In this document: piece after piece, positions 1 to 11,535 of the stretch | How the letters are laid out: the number at the start of each line of letters is the position of its first letter | How positions within the stretch are numbered: the stretch's first letter is position 1 | Assembly (NCBI RefSeq): GCF_006345805.1 | Contig: NC_042998.1 | Span: 163,060,001-163,124,000 of the forward strand | Direction: 5' to 3' | Length of the DNA stretch: 64,000 bases | DNA from: Octopus sinensis | Lineage: Eukaryota | Notes under the pieces: model-generated | Seen by the model: the letters and a program-made list of their open reading frames with translations, nothing else | What the model was told of the DNA's origin: nothing | Database searches by the model: none | Position numbers and translations under genes: made by a program

Positions 1-116
1 CCATCTAAAGTCCAAAGACTTGAGGCAGAACTTTATTTGACATGAACAGAAATATATAAACTGTAAAAGAGAAAACATACATATATGTGTGTGTATGCAT
101 ATGTATAACATATATA

Positions 117-166
<50 letters not shown>

Positions 167-404
167 CACATATATGCATATATATATGCCCATATGTACC
201 GTGCTAGCACGGAAAATGGACGTTAAACGATAATGATGATGATGATGATGATGATGCATATATATATGCCCATATATATATATGCATATATATATATATG
301 TACATATATGCATATATATATATGCCCATATATATGCATATATATATATACCCATATATAAGCATTATGTATGTGCACTTATATATGCATATATATATAT
401 ATAT
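1..404. repeat. (TA)n/(TATG)n microsatellite complex with a (GAT)n-tailed repeat end at ~200-256
   Basis: Directly visible dinucleotide tracts; 200-256 matches the terminus of the repeat seen at 50130, 51325 and 59148. Confidence 0.9.
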
Positions 405-3245
405 ATGCATGTTCTACGTTCTCTTCCTGTATATTGCCTTCAGCCGTCCGTTAATCTCTCTCTACTTCTTTTTAAAAAAACCCGCTTCTCTAGCCATGTC
501 TCTTTCCTAAGCCGCTGCCTACATCACCGACTCATCCCTAAAGGTTTCCGCCTCCACTTCCACCCTGCTCTCCACTCGGATTCTTCCATCTTACCCATAC
601 TCCGCACCACATCTTACCGCCTTATGCGGGCCACCATTCGCTCCAATCTCTCCAAACTACATGCCATCAACCGCCTTCTTCCTCCTGCTTTCTCCACCTT
701 CTTCTCCTCTCTGCCGCCTCTCTATGCTCCAAACACGCTACGCTTCATTATCCATTTGAATCAACTCTTCCATCAATTTCTTTCTGATACCAAACTTCGT
801 AAAATCCAATCACTCTTCCATTCCACCCTACCCGACGCCACTACCCCAACTCCTCCATCACCCTTCTCCCCTCCCGATAGGCTCCATCCACCCACACCTA
901 ACCCCACTGCCCCTCCCTACAACCCCTTCTCCCCTCCCGTTAGGCTCCATCCACCTACACCTAACCCTACTGCCCCGCCCAACCACCCCCCACACACCTC
1001 CCCAATCCCTCCCCCTCAGACCTCCACGAGACCTACCACCCCTCCTACTTCTATTCCACCCACCCCTTCTCCACTTCCGTCTGTTGTTACCATTCCCCCC
1101 GATCTTCCCCTCTCTGCGGCTGAACGCTCCGTCCTTGGTAGGGGTCTGCGTTTCATCCCCCTCACTCCATCCTGTAAGGAATTCCAGACGCGAGTTGATG
1201 TCCACAGCTTTGTGCGCCGTGTCCGGTTGGGTGCGCATTACCACGACTCGCCACCCACACCCCACGAAGAGGACGACTGCTTCACTGGCCTGGGCCGCCG
1301 ACCATCCCCGTGGACGCCTGCCCCTGGCCAGATCCTAGCAGTGGATCTTTTCGCGGGCGCTTGTCAGCGTGCATTGGAGCGGTTCAACTTCTCCAGGCGC
1401 CAACACCGCCTCAACATCTCCCCGGCTGAGCTCTTGGCTCTTTGTTCCCTCCAACGGCGCGCTGACATTATCATCAAACCGGCTGACTAGGGTGGAGCTG
1501 TAGTGGTGTGGCGCGCGGACCTCTATAGGGCCGAGGCTTTCCGCCAACTCAATGACACCTCCTTCTATTCCCCTCTGCCCTCTAACCCCACACGTAGCTA
1601 CCAACAGACGGTATCCTCTACCGTCCAAGACCTCATCTCGTCCTCCCGTCTCCCCCGCACCGCATCCAACCTAATTGTGCGAACCCCACGTACCCCCACC
1701 ATTTACTTCCTCCCCAAAATCCACAAACCCAACAACCCTGGCCGCCCCATCGTCTCCGCCTGTAACTGCCCCACGGAGCTCATCTCTAAATACCTCGACC
1801 GTGTCCTTGCCCCCCTAGTGGCATCTCTTCCCTCCCACATCCACGATACCAACCATGCTCTCCGGCTTTTCAACTCTTTCTCCTTTCCTCCCGGCTCCTC
1901 CAAAATCCTTTTTACTATGGACATCCGAAGCCTCTATACTGTTATCCCTCACCACGAAGGACTGCAGGCCCTTCGACACTTTCTTGACCTCCGCTCTAAC
2001 CCTGTACCTGACACCTCCACACTCATTCATCTGGCCGAACTTGTCCTTACTCTGAACTGCTTCTCGTTCGCGGGCGAGTTCTACCATCAGGTCTCGGGAG
2101 TGGCCATGGGAACGCGAATGGGCCCCAACTATGCGAACCTGTTCGTTGGCTATGTTGAGGCCCAAATATTCTCTAATTTCACTGGTCCCACTCCTGAACT
2201 ATATGGTCGTTATATTGACGACATTATCGGTGCCACCTCACTCTCCCGCGAACATCTAGATTCCTTCCTCTCTTTCGTCCAATCTTTCCATCCAGCCCTC
2301 CACTTCACTTCCACTATCTCCAACACCTCTGTCTCCTTCCTCGACATTTCGGTTAGCATTCTTCACTCTACTCTTACCACCTCCATTCACTACAAACACA
2401 CAGACTCACACTCATACCTCAACTTCTCTTCCTCCCACCCAGAACACACCAAGCTTCCATCCCCTATTCCCAATTCCTCCGTCTACGTAGGCTCTGTAGT
2501 GACGACCATGACTTTGAGACTCAGTCTCAACGTATGGCTCACCACTTCACCCTACGTGGATACCCCCTCACCACTATCCACACCGCCCCTGCCAGAGCAC
2601 GGTCCGTGGACCGTGTATCTGCTCTCTCTCCCCGAACCCGCCCTGTAGTCTCCCGCCTCCCTTTTCCCCTCACTTACCACCCCACGACCCTACGTCTCCA
2701 ACGCACCATTCTTCGAGCTTTCAATCATCTCCAGTCCGACCCGTCCACTTCACACCTCTTTCCTAACCGACCCCTCCCCTCTTTCAAACGAGCCCACAAC
2801 CTTCGAGACCTTTTGGTCCATAGCTCCTTCCCTGACCCTACCTCCCAACCCGGCTCGTTCCCCTGCTCCCGCCCACGTTGCCGCACTTGCCCTTACCTCT
2901 CCAACACCACCCGCCTCACTAGCACCCACCATCGACCCTATCCATCATCCACTCCTTCACCTGCACCTCCAGCAATATTATCTATTGCATCTCTTGCTCT
3001 CTCTGCAATTCCTTGTACATCGGACAAACGGGACGCCGCTTGGCTGACCGGTTCGCGGAACACCTTCGTGACATCCACCTTGCGAACAACACACCGGTCT
3101 CACGCCATTTCCGCTCCACCGGTCACTCCTTGCAACACCTATCTGTGTTCGGTTTGTCCTTACACAGAGGCCATCCGGATTCCCGTTTGCGCCGTGAACA
3201 GGAATTAATCTTCTCTCTTCGCTCTTATACGCCATTTGGTCTCAA
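405..3245 (+). pseudogene. PLE polyprotein (RT + GIY-YIG endonuclease), disrupted by one nonsense codon and two frameshifts
   Basis: KPAD*GGAVVVW (TAG at 1488-1490 replaces K); LPKIHK..PGRPIV; MDIRSLYT; GVAMGTRMGPNYA; YGRYIDD; frameshift near 2454 before SIPYSQFLRLRRLCS; CSRPRCRTC; frameshift near 2920-2940 before FTCTSSNIIYCISCSLCNSLYIGQTGRRLADRF..H; ends PFGLN. Confidence 0.93.
861..976 (+). repeat. In-frame 63-bp tandem duplication in the Pro-rich linker of the PLE ORF
   Basis: cccttctcccctcccg(a/t)taggctccatccacc at 861 and 924; encodes PFSPPDRLHPPTPNPTAPP twice. Confidence 0.9.
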
Positions 3246-3249
3246 CTCT

Positions 3250-3930
3250 CCCCCCCTCCTCATCCTAACTCCCCTCTCCCCCCTCCTCACCTATCCTTCT
3301 CCCCCCGACCACCTACTTCTTCAGTCCTTCATCCTTTCACCCCTACTCCCCTTCCCTTCTTCCCTTTTCTCCTCCCTCTTCCCCTTCCCTCTGCTCCCTC
3401 ACTCCCTCTCTCCCCCCTCTCCCTCTTTCCTCCTTCATCCCCCTCCTCCCCTTCCTTCTCCCCCATCCTCTCCTTCCTCTTCCCCCTTCTCCTCCCCTCT
3501 TCTTCCCCTCCCCTTCTCCCCCCTCTCTCCCCTTCCCCCTCTTCTCCTCACTACACCACATGACTTTACACATCACATCACATATGATGTGCCATACTAA
3601 TACACACACCAACTAATACATACTAATACGTACTAATACATACTAGTACATACTAATACTTACACCAACCCTATACATACACACATCCAGACCCCGCATA
3701 CGCACTTATACTCTCTCACACACACACACACATACCTATACATACCAATACGTACTAATACATACTAATACATACTAATACATACACCAACCCCATACAT
3801 ACGCATGTCCAGACCAATCTTACGCACCAATACTCTCTCATACACACACACACACACACACACACACCCTTATACATACTAATACATACACCAACCCTAT
3901 ACATACACACATCCAGACCCCTCCCACGCA
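3250..3930 (+). repeat. Polypyrimidine tract (3250-3550) followed by degenerate tandem repeats (catactaatacatacaccaaccc...) in the PLE 3' region
   Basis: Directly visible C/T tract and three or more related units. Confidence 0.8.
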
Positions 3931-4100
3931 CTTTTAGCTGGTCCCCAACCCATTTTCAACCTATTATCTCCCCTTATTTCGCTCTCGCGTCTCATGTTTG
4001 ATCTTTGACCTCTGGCCGAAATCAGATTGCCATGTTGATTCGTTGCTACTGCACGCATTTTTTTTCTCTCCTTCTTTCTGTGTTTTTCTCTCTCTGTGTA

Positions 4101-4138
4101 TCTTTCTGTTGAAGAGCGTAGGCTCGAAACGTTAAAGA
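4101..4138 (+). ncRNA. Type I minimal hammerhead ribozyme in the PLE terminus, with an A6U core mutation
   Basis: UCUUU-CUGUUGA-A-GAGC(GUAG)GCUC-GAA-ACGU-U-AAAGA; stems I and II pair perfectly, stem III is palindromic. Confidence 0.8.
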
Positions 4139-4236
4139 CTTGTTTTATTTATATTTCCTGAGCGCCATACTAATACAATTGTTCATTTGTTTTCCACCTG
4201 CCTTCGTCTTTTGTTTATTTTCATAAAGCTTCCCGT

Positions 4237-4268
<32 letters not shown>

Positions 4269-4958
4269 AACACAAACATTCATGCACATGTGTATGTATA
4301 CATATATATCTGTGTGATATGCATACATTTGTACATAAATATGTACACACATACATTTATATTGTATATATATACACTCTTCACACATTTATATTACATA
4401 CATATTTATTTTCAAAAACAGATTTCTTTAGTATGATAATGAAATCTGGAAGATCAAATTGGTCTCATTATATTTAACATAGTTTTCACACTAAACACTT
4501 AGATTTGTATGTCCCTTAAGACAAAAGTAGTGATGGTAGTTGTGGTGGTATTTCCACTGATGGTACTGGTGTTGGTGTTAGTAGAGTTGATGGTGGTTGT
4601 CCTAGTGCTGGTATTTTTTTTTTTGTTGGCAATATATGTTTGTGGTAGCAGCATCTCATGCATCTTTATGCTCTGAGTTCAAATCTTACCAATGTTCACT
4701 TTGCTCTTAATCCTTCCGGGGTTGATAAAATAAGTACCAGTTGAGTACTGAATGACGTTTTTAGAATTGTAAATGATATGTACAGATTTCACACTGCTAA
4801 AATTTGGCTTGAAGCAAAGGCAGCAATCAAAACGACAACTACTATAATAATAATAATGAAAATTGCTGGCCTTGTGCCAAAATTTGAAATCAGTATTTGT
4901 TGGTGGTTGTGGTTGGTGGTGTTGTCAGTGGTGATGGTTGTATTGATGTATGTAGTGG

Positions 4959-5150
4959 TAAGGCAGTGAGCTGGCAGAAACGTTAGCATTCCGGGCGAAA
5001 TGCTTGACAGTATTTCATCTACCGCTACGTTCAGATTCCACCGAAGTCGACTTTGCCTTTCATCCTTTTGGGGTCGATTAAATAAGTACCAGTTATGCAC
5101 TGGGGTCGATATAATCGATTTAATCCGTTTGTCTGTCCTTGTTTGTCCCC
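4959..5150 (+). mobile_element. SINE family B (tRNA-like head aaggcggtgagctggcagaa...gtcgactttgcctttcatcc)
   Basis: Recurs at ~4660-4750, 19110-19185, 21065-21140, 24585-24800, 28138-28560, 28620-28700, 45835-46005(-), 55500-55620(-), 60530-60735(-). Confidence 0.75.
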
Positions 5151-6317
5151 TCTGTGGTGTTGTTGGTTTTGTTGACGTGGTGCTAAAGATTGTGGTGGTA
5201 TTGACTGAGATGCTGGAGGTAGTTTTCTTTTAGGCATCTTGGTGCTTGTGTTGATGGTTGTTGCAGAATTACAATGATGGTGGTGGTGGTGGTGCTTGTT
5301 ATTGTTGTTGTGATTGAGGTGGTGGTGGTCATCGACGTAGTGTTGTTGATCATGGTGCTGGAAATAATTTCGTTTTTGGTGTATTGGTGCTAGTTGTGGT
5401 GGTTGTTAGGGGGATTCTGGTGGTGGTTATAGTTCTGATAAAGTTGGTTGTTGTTGTGATTGTGGTGGTTGTATAAGTGATTTTCATGGTGATGGTAGTG
5501 GTTGTGATGCTGGTTTTCTTGAGGTGGTGTTGAAGATTGTGATGGCTGTAATGGAGGAAAGAGCAAAATTTTGTAAGTTAATTTTCCAAGTGTGTAATCC
5601 AAACAGTGCTGGATTAAAAATCCCAACAAACCAAGCATTAAATTCTTGATTAAGAAAAACAAAAAAATTCCTCATTTTCTCTCTGACTTCTTCCAATTAT
5701 GAGGAAGTTTCTATATCCTGGTCATAGTTTTGTCGCCCAATAGCATCAATCTTCATAAACATACAGTGAAGAAAGTCTTCAACACCATTGAACCATGATA
5801 ATTCTTGCCTCCTCTTGTTCTTTTTCATTAATCTTCTGCCTTCTTTTCTTCTTCATCATCATCATCATCATCATTATAGTGACATCGCCACTGCTATTAT
5901 TGTTGTTGTCATTGTTGTCATTGGTGATGATGATGATGACAATGGTGCCTTTCTCATCATTGCTACCACAACCATCTTCTTTTCTCATTTTCTTCTTTGC
6001 CTTGCAAAATATTCTTATCGATTAAAAATCTCAACAAACTTCCTCCTCATCTTCCTCCTCCTCTCTATCCTCCCCTTCCCTCTCCTCCTCCTTCTCCCCT
6101 TCCCTCTCCTCCTTATGTATACACACACATATTTACATATGTATGTATTATATACACACATGCAGTTTACTGAAACCGAATATTTATCTTGCGACTTGAG
6201 TTTCATGATACTTCAAGAATGTTGAGATGAAAAATAAACATTGACTTGCAATAAGCCATAGACTCTACGAGTATGGAGCACACTCTTCGCATTTGCACAA
6301 CACAGTTTGACATTTTT

Positions 6318-6357
<40 letters not shown>

Positions 6358-6504
6358 ATGTGTGTATGTGATGGATGGATGGATGGATGGATGTTTGAGC
6401 TAAATTTAACAGTTTTCATAAAAGAAAAAGAAAACAAAATATCCGATCGAAAACTAAAAGTAGTTTTTAAAAAATCAAAAAATCTCAACTAGATTGTTGC
6501 TGGG

Positions 6505-6735
6505 AGATAACAGTTTATTCCAAGCAACTACCTTCAGCTTGCACCATGGCCCAAAGACAGGTGTGGAACCTGGTGTATACATTCTTCACTATGACTGTGG
6601 GAAGATTCTTGAGCACTTTTTTTACCGTGTCCACCAGCTTGGCCTTGATGTTGCAGACAGAGCAATCAAAGTCTTTCTCAACTTTTTTCTCCATAATAAT
6701 AATTTAAGGGATTGTAACTGGGGAAATTAGGAAAC
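6505..6735 (-). pseudogene. Tc1/mariner-type transposase C-terminal remnant
   Basis: Degenerate translation PNFPSYNPLNYY...CNIKAKLVDTVKKVLKNLP..VKNVYTRFHTCLWAMVQAEGSCLE* resembles the SPDLNPLDY...ACSRFRSRLEAVIEAEGGYIE terminus. Confidence 0.6.
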
Positions 6736-6776
6736 CAGACAACACATACATTTCATTTCTATATTGAAATGCCCAC

Positions 6777-7022
6777 GGGCATATGGCGTAGTGGTTAAGA
6801 GCATGGGCTACTAACCCCAACATTCCAAGTTCGATTCCAAGCAGTGACCTGAACACTAATAATAATAACATCGAAAATTACCTTAGGAATGAGAACCCAG
6901 GTTCGAAATTTCCCCAGTATACCTGAAGAAGGCTGGAGAGTAGATCAGCCGAAACGTTGTGATAACAAACAAGATGAGGACAAATACCCGTCAAATGTAA
7001 ATAACGTAAATAATGTACATAC
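6777..7022 (+). mobile_element. tRNA-derived SINE carrying an internal hammerhead ribozyme (copy 1)
   Basis: A-box TGGCGTAGTGG 6784-6794, B-box GTTCGATTCC 6829-6838, (TAA)n linker, HHR 6920-6961, (TGTAAATAA)n-like tail; second copy at 37999-38275. Confidence 0.85.
6920..6961 (+). ncRNA. Type I hammerhead ribozyme, core intact
   Basis: UAC-CUGAAGA-A-GGCUG(10 nt)CAGCC-GAA-ACGU-U-GUG. Confidence 0.8.
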
Positions 7023-7089
7023 ATTTCATGATCATTATTTTTACTTACCCTTTTTCCACATGGGCATGAGTTGGCTGACTCTTATAGAG

Positions 7090-7640
7090 GTAGTTTTGTG
7101 TATATGCTGCAATGTATTCTAGAGTCCAAGAGTATTCCCATCACAGGTCCTTACATGTTATTTATACTCTCTTGGTCTTTCCGTATCATATCCAACATAG
7201 CTGCTAATCCACAGAAAATATTGTTTGCCAAAGATGCAAACAACTATACCACTGCTCAAACAGTATCAGCGTGAAGATATACAAAAACACCTCTACAACC
7301 AGAAGAATACCTGCTGTCAGGCATCTACCATACTCTGAACATCTCATTTCCCTGGGTATAGAAATATTGAAGCTCTGACATCTGGCAACCAATTTGGTAG
7401 AAAACTACAAGATTATCCATCATCTTTCCAACAACCTTGGGCACCTTTTTGAATTCCATGTGTCTAACACTCTTGGACATGCTTACAAAATCAAAAACCA
7501 ACAGAGCACCTATGGCTTTCAGTAATGTTTACTCATGCTCAGAATTACTGAAGCATGGAATAAACTACCCATGTCAGTTGTTGGCTGTTGAGACACTACA
7601 TCCTTCAAAACTTCCATGTTTCCTGAAATTCACCATGAGT
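7090..7640 (+). mobile_element. CR1/L2-type LINE 3' end, degenerate
   Basis: LPYSEHLISLGIEILKL*HLATNLVENYKII..LGHAYKI..AWNKLPMSVV..SFK resembles the CR1 RT C-terminus. Confidence 0.65.
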
Positions 7641-8271
7641 ACACCTGAGAACCCCCAACCCAATTTATTTCAAAAGACTTATTTACTGTTCATTTCCTGT
7701 GCATATTCTATGTACTGTTCATGCAGTTTTGGTTATTTTCTTCTGATGTGTCATGGAGCATCTGGGTACTGTAGACAATAAGTTCATTATTATACACATT
7801 CTGATGCATGCTTATTAATACATGCTCACTTACATGGCTTCTGCAAAGGATTTACCAAAAAAATTTCACTCACAAGTTATTGGCCACGTAATAACCAAGA
7901 TGTCATGTAATAACCAAGATGTCATGTAAAACCCAAAATTATATGGTCGTTAAACAAGTTTTTTAACCACAAAACAATGCTAGCACATGCAAACACACAC
8001 GGCCGTCTGGTGTTGAAGATCACTTTGCAACAATATGGCTTCGGTCCTACTGTATGGCACATTGAGCAAACATCTTCCACTATAGTCCCTGGCTGATCGA
8101 TTCCTTGTGAGTGAATTCGTTTGATGGAAATTGTGCGGAAGCTCACTTCATGTGTGTATGTGTGTATGTGTATATGTATTATGTATATGTGTGTATATCT
8201 ATATATGTATACATATGCATATGTGTTTATATATATACATACATACATGCATACATATATATATATATATA

Positions 8272-8468
8272 TAATGTGACCGCGTGTGTACTATTGTCGA
8301 TTTTTTTCGTCCGTCTTCCCTTCTTTGGATCTTTCCTTTTGGTATGTTTCTGACAAAGAGCTCCGCTCGAAACGTTAAACCCTCCTTCTTTCCTTCTTTT
8401 CTGAGCGTCCAATAATACTATACTTGTTCCACGTCCTCGCGTTGTTGTGTTTTCATGTTTGGATTAAC
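8272..8468 (+). mobile_element. Solo PLE-type terminal repeat with HHR (8346-8380, G8A), flanked by (TA)n
   Basis: GUUU-CUGACAA-A-GAGC(UCC)GCUC-GAA-ACGU-U-AAAC; same family in reverse at 31310-31475; related to 4080-4238. Confidence 0.75.
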
Positions 8469-8568
8469 TTTATATATATGTATATATATATATATATGTA
8501 CATATATATGTAAAGTAAAGGCTATTTGCCAACATAATGTTGCTATCCTGCATACATGTGTGAGTGAG

Positions 8569-8604
<36 letters not shown>

Positions 8605-8629
8605 TATCACATATATATAGTTATATATA

Positions 8630-8737
8630 GGACAGGCTTCTTTCAGTTTCCGTCAACCAAATCCACTCACAAGGCTTCGGTCGGCCTGAGGCTATAGTAG
8701 AAGACACTTACCCAAGGTGCCACACAGTGGGATTGAA
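8630..8737 (-). mobile_element. SINE family A fragment (5' part)
   Basis: Matches full copies at 38745-39172 and 40660-41045. Confidence 0.8.
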
Positions 8738-9670
8738 TGTGCTAGTATATATATATATATCTGTGTGTGTGCATGTATATGTGTGTGTGCATGTATATAT
8801 ATATATGTGTGTGTGTTTGTATGGGTATATATATACATATATATGGGAGTATGTGTGTGTGTATATATAGTATGGGTATATATAGTATATATAGTATAGT
8901 GTGTTTATATATATATGTGTGTGACACAGTGAATGTGTGTCCGTATCTATGTAGCTAACTACCTTTCTATAGCTATGTCTCTCTGTATATATGTAAACAT
9001 ATATATATACACACACACACAGATATTTACACATCCACCTCACACACACGCACACACACACATACACATGCATATGTGTATGAGGGAGAAAATGAAAGAG
9101 GAAGTAAGACATGCATGTGTATTTGTCATCTATTTAATCACACATCACTTCTTTTAGCCATCTCCCATCCAACCACTCAATGCTCTCTATCCCTCTACTT
9201 TCCCTCTCTTTCTCTCTCTCGCTCTCTCTCTCTCTTTCTCTTCCTATACACAATTCTATATTTCCAACATATGTACACAATAATGAAAAAAAGACCAAAA
9301 GATGTCCTTACGGATGGCAATGGATGCACTCAATATAAATTTCAATGACTTATTTCTCTTCCACAAATTACTACCCCCTCCAAAGAAGAAAAAGTGATGA
9401 AATAAAAAAAAAAGAACTGTAAGAAAAAAGATGACTCGATAGGAAGATAAGAAAATGTCTCAAATCTTCTTGTGTGCTTTTAACAGTGTTTAGCTGTGAA
9501 AATAAGGCCATCTCTTTGATAGATATGACAGAATGATCTTCTTAATTGCTTACCAAAAAATGGGTGTCTTGACTTGTAAAAAGATATTCCAATTTTTTAT
9601 AATGCTTTTCTTTCTCTTTTACACACACACACAAATATACATACACACACATACATGTATGTACATATAC

Positions 9671-9717
<47 letters not shown>

Positions 9718-9752
9718 TAGATATATAAATGTGTATATGTATATATGTGTAG

Positions 9753-9800
<48 letters not shown>

Positions 9801-11199
9801 CTTCATCTGCAAATCTATCAAGCCATCTCTCTAGCTAATTATCAAATTTCTGTCCCTCTCTTTATCTTTGCGCCAAATCTCTCTAAAAGTAATTTCCCCT
9901 CATTCTCTTCCCATTTCCTCTTCTCCCCCCCGCTCTACATTTTTACATACCTCAGTTTCACATTTTGTCCATCAGCCTCTCTTTGTATCATTCTCTCGCT
10001 TTAATAACTTCCACTACCTCCCTCTGTCATTACCACACACACATACTTATATAGAATAATGTCTTAGGATATGGTGTTTTAACAGAGTGCTGATGTGTGA
10101 CTTCAATTTAAATGCAATGCTAATACGTCACTTCCCTCTCGGCCATGCTGCAAATTTTCCAGCAGCTTCTAAAATGATTAAAAGGTACAAAAAAAAAGGG
10201 GGAAAAAATAAGAAAGAGAATAAAAGAAACTCTTCTAAAACCCCAGCCAAAAACATTATGCCCCAAAAGACAGAAAACTATCAAGAAAAAAAAAAGGAAA
10301 TGAACATATATATGCATATATATATGCATATATATATATATGTATATTATATATATAAATGAATATATGAATATATATATATGAGCACATTTACACACAC
10401 ATATATGAATATATAAATATATATATATATATATATCTTATATACATATATACATATATACATGCATATATAAATATGTATATGTGTATACATAAATATA
10501 TATATGCATATATATATATAAATGAATGTACATATCTATCTATTTATGTATATGTATTGATATATATATGTATTGTATATACCTATTTTCATGTATTATA
10601 CATGTATATTATATATATAAATATATACACATGTATATCTGTGTTTTTGTCTCTGTGTGTCTGTACATACACACACATACGCACACACACACACACACAT
10701 ATATGTATATGGAATAATGGCATTTCTTGCAACAAACTTCTTGAAATGATACCAATATGTCATTTTGATATCTTGTGCACACTTTGAGTTATTCTTTGAC
10801 AGCTGTGTAAGAATTTACAGGTATAATGGCATCAGTGCATCAACGACGAGACCAAACACTAACCATTTTCTGTTTTTTTATATATTTTTTAAAAATTTCT
10901 TTGTCAATGATTCTTTTTTCTTTCTGTTTTTTTTTCTCTTTCAGGAGAATCCGTTTCATTCTCTCTAGAAACAGGTAGTGCCATTGAAGTTTAAAATCTT
11001 GCACTGACAATTATTGCTTGTCATAAATGGAAAGTGTTGGCCAAAAGTCAGAATGGCTGAGGGTTGACGGACGACTCTTAACGGTTATGATACTAAGTGC
11101 AGTGGATCGTGTGTATGTTTCATCTGAGACACTTTTTGTATCTATCTGATTGACTGATCGACTCACTAACAATGCTATTTTTCTGTTGGCTAAATAACC

Positions 11200-11520
11200 A
11201 GCAAGCCAACCTGTCAACTGTCCAGCCAGCCAACCAAACAACCAGCCAACTAACTAGCATCACTAACAGGCAACTAACTAACTAATCAGTCAAACAGTCA
11301 GCAAATTAACAAACTTATAAATTCAACCAAAAATCTTGCCAGCCAACCAATCAATTTGAGAAAGCTGTCAACAAATCAAACAACCAATCAATTGATCAAC
11401 TAATAAATTGGGCAAACAATTAATTAGCCAACCAGTTAATTAGTCAAGCAAGCAAGTGAGCAACCAACCAATCAATCAACCAATCAAACAAACAAACTAA
11501 CTTACCAACAATGAAACAAC
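11200..11520. repeat. Degenerate (AACC/AATC)n low-complexity array; similar array at 13015-13315
   Basis: Directly visible. Confidence 0.75.
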
Positions 11521-11535
11521 GAATTAATCTTGCTA

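Larger units (their letters stand above)
405..4238 (+). mobile_element. Penelope-like retroelement (PLE), probably Neptune-type, near full length, bounded by (TA)n on both sides
   Basis: N-terminal H..FL..C....IP.GF motif, RT motifs, CxxxxCxxC linker, GIY-YIG endonuclease and a 3' terminal region containing a hammerhead motif. Confidence 0.92.

Noticed and set aside
282-404. N-terminal extension of the 402-aa ORF
   Set aside because: It runs through microsatellite; the plausible PLE start is the ATG at 405.
5-410. ORFs rich in Y/I/C/V/H/T here and throughout the window
   Set aside because: They are translations of (TA)n, (CA)n, (TTA)n and (CAT)n microsatellites, not genes.
4975-4990. GAAACGTT in the family B SINE head as a hammerhead
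   Set aside because: No CUGANGA core or stem II upstream; it is part of the tRNA-like A-box region.
6777-6850. Functional tRNA gene (also SINE heads at 30661, 37999, 45611)
   Set aside because: A and B boxes are present, but there is no complete cloverleaf or acceptor stem, and each continues into a shared SINE body.
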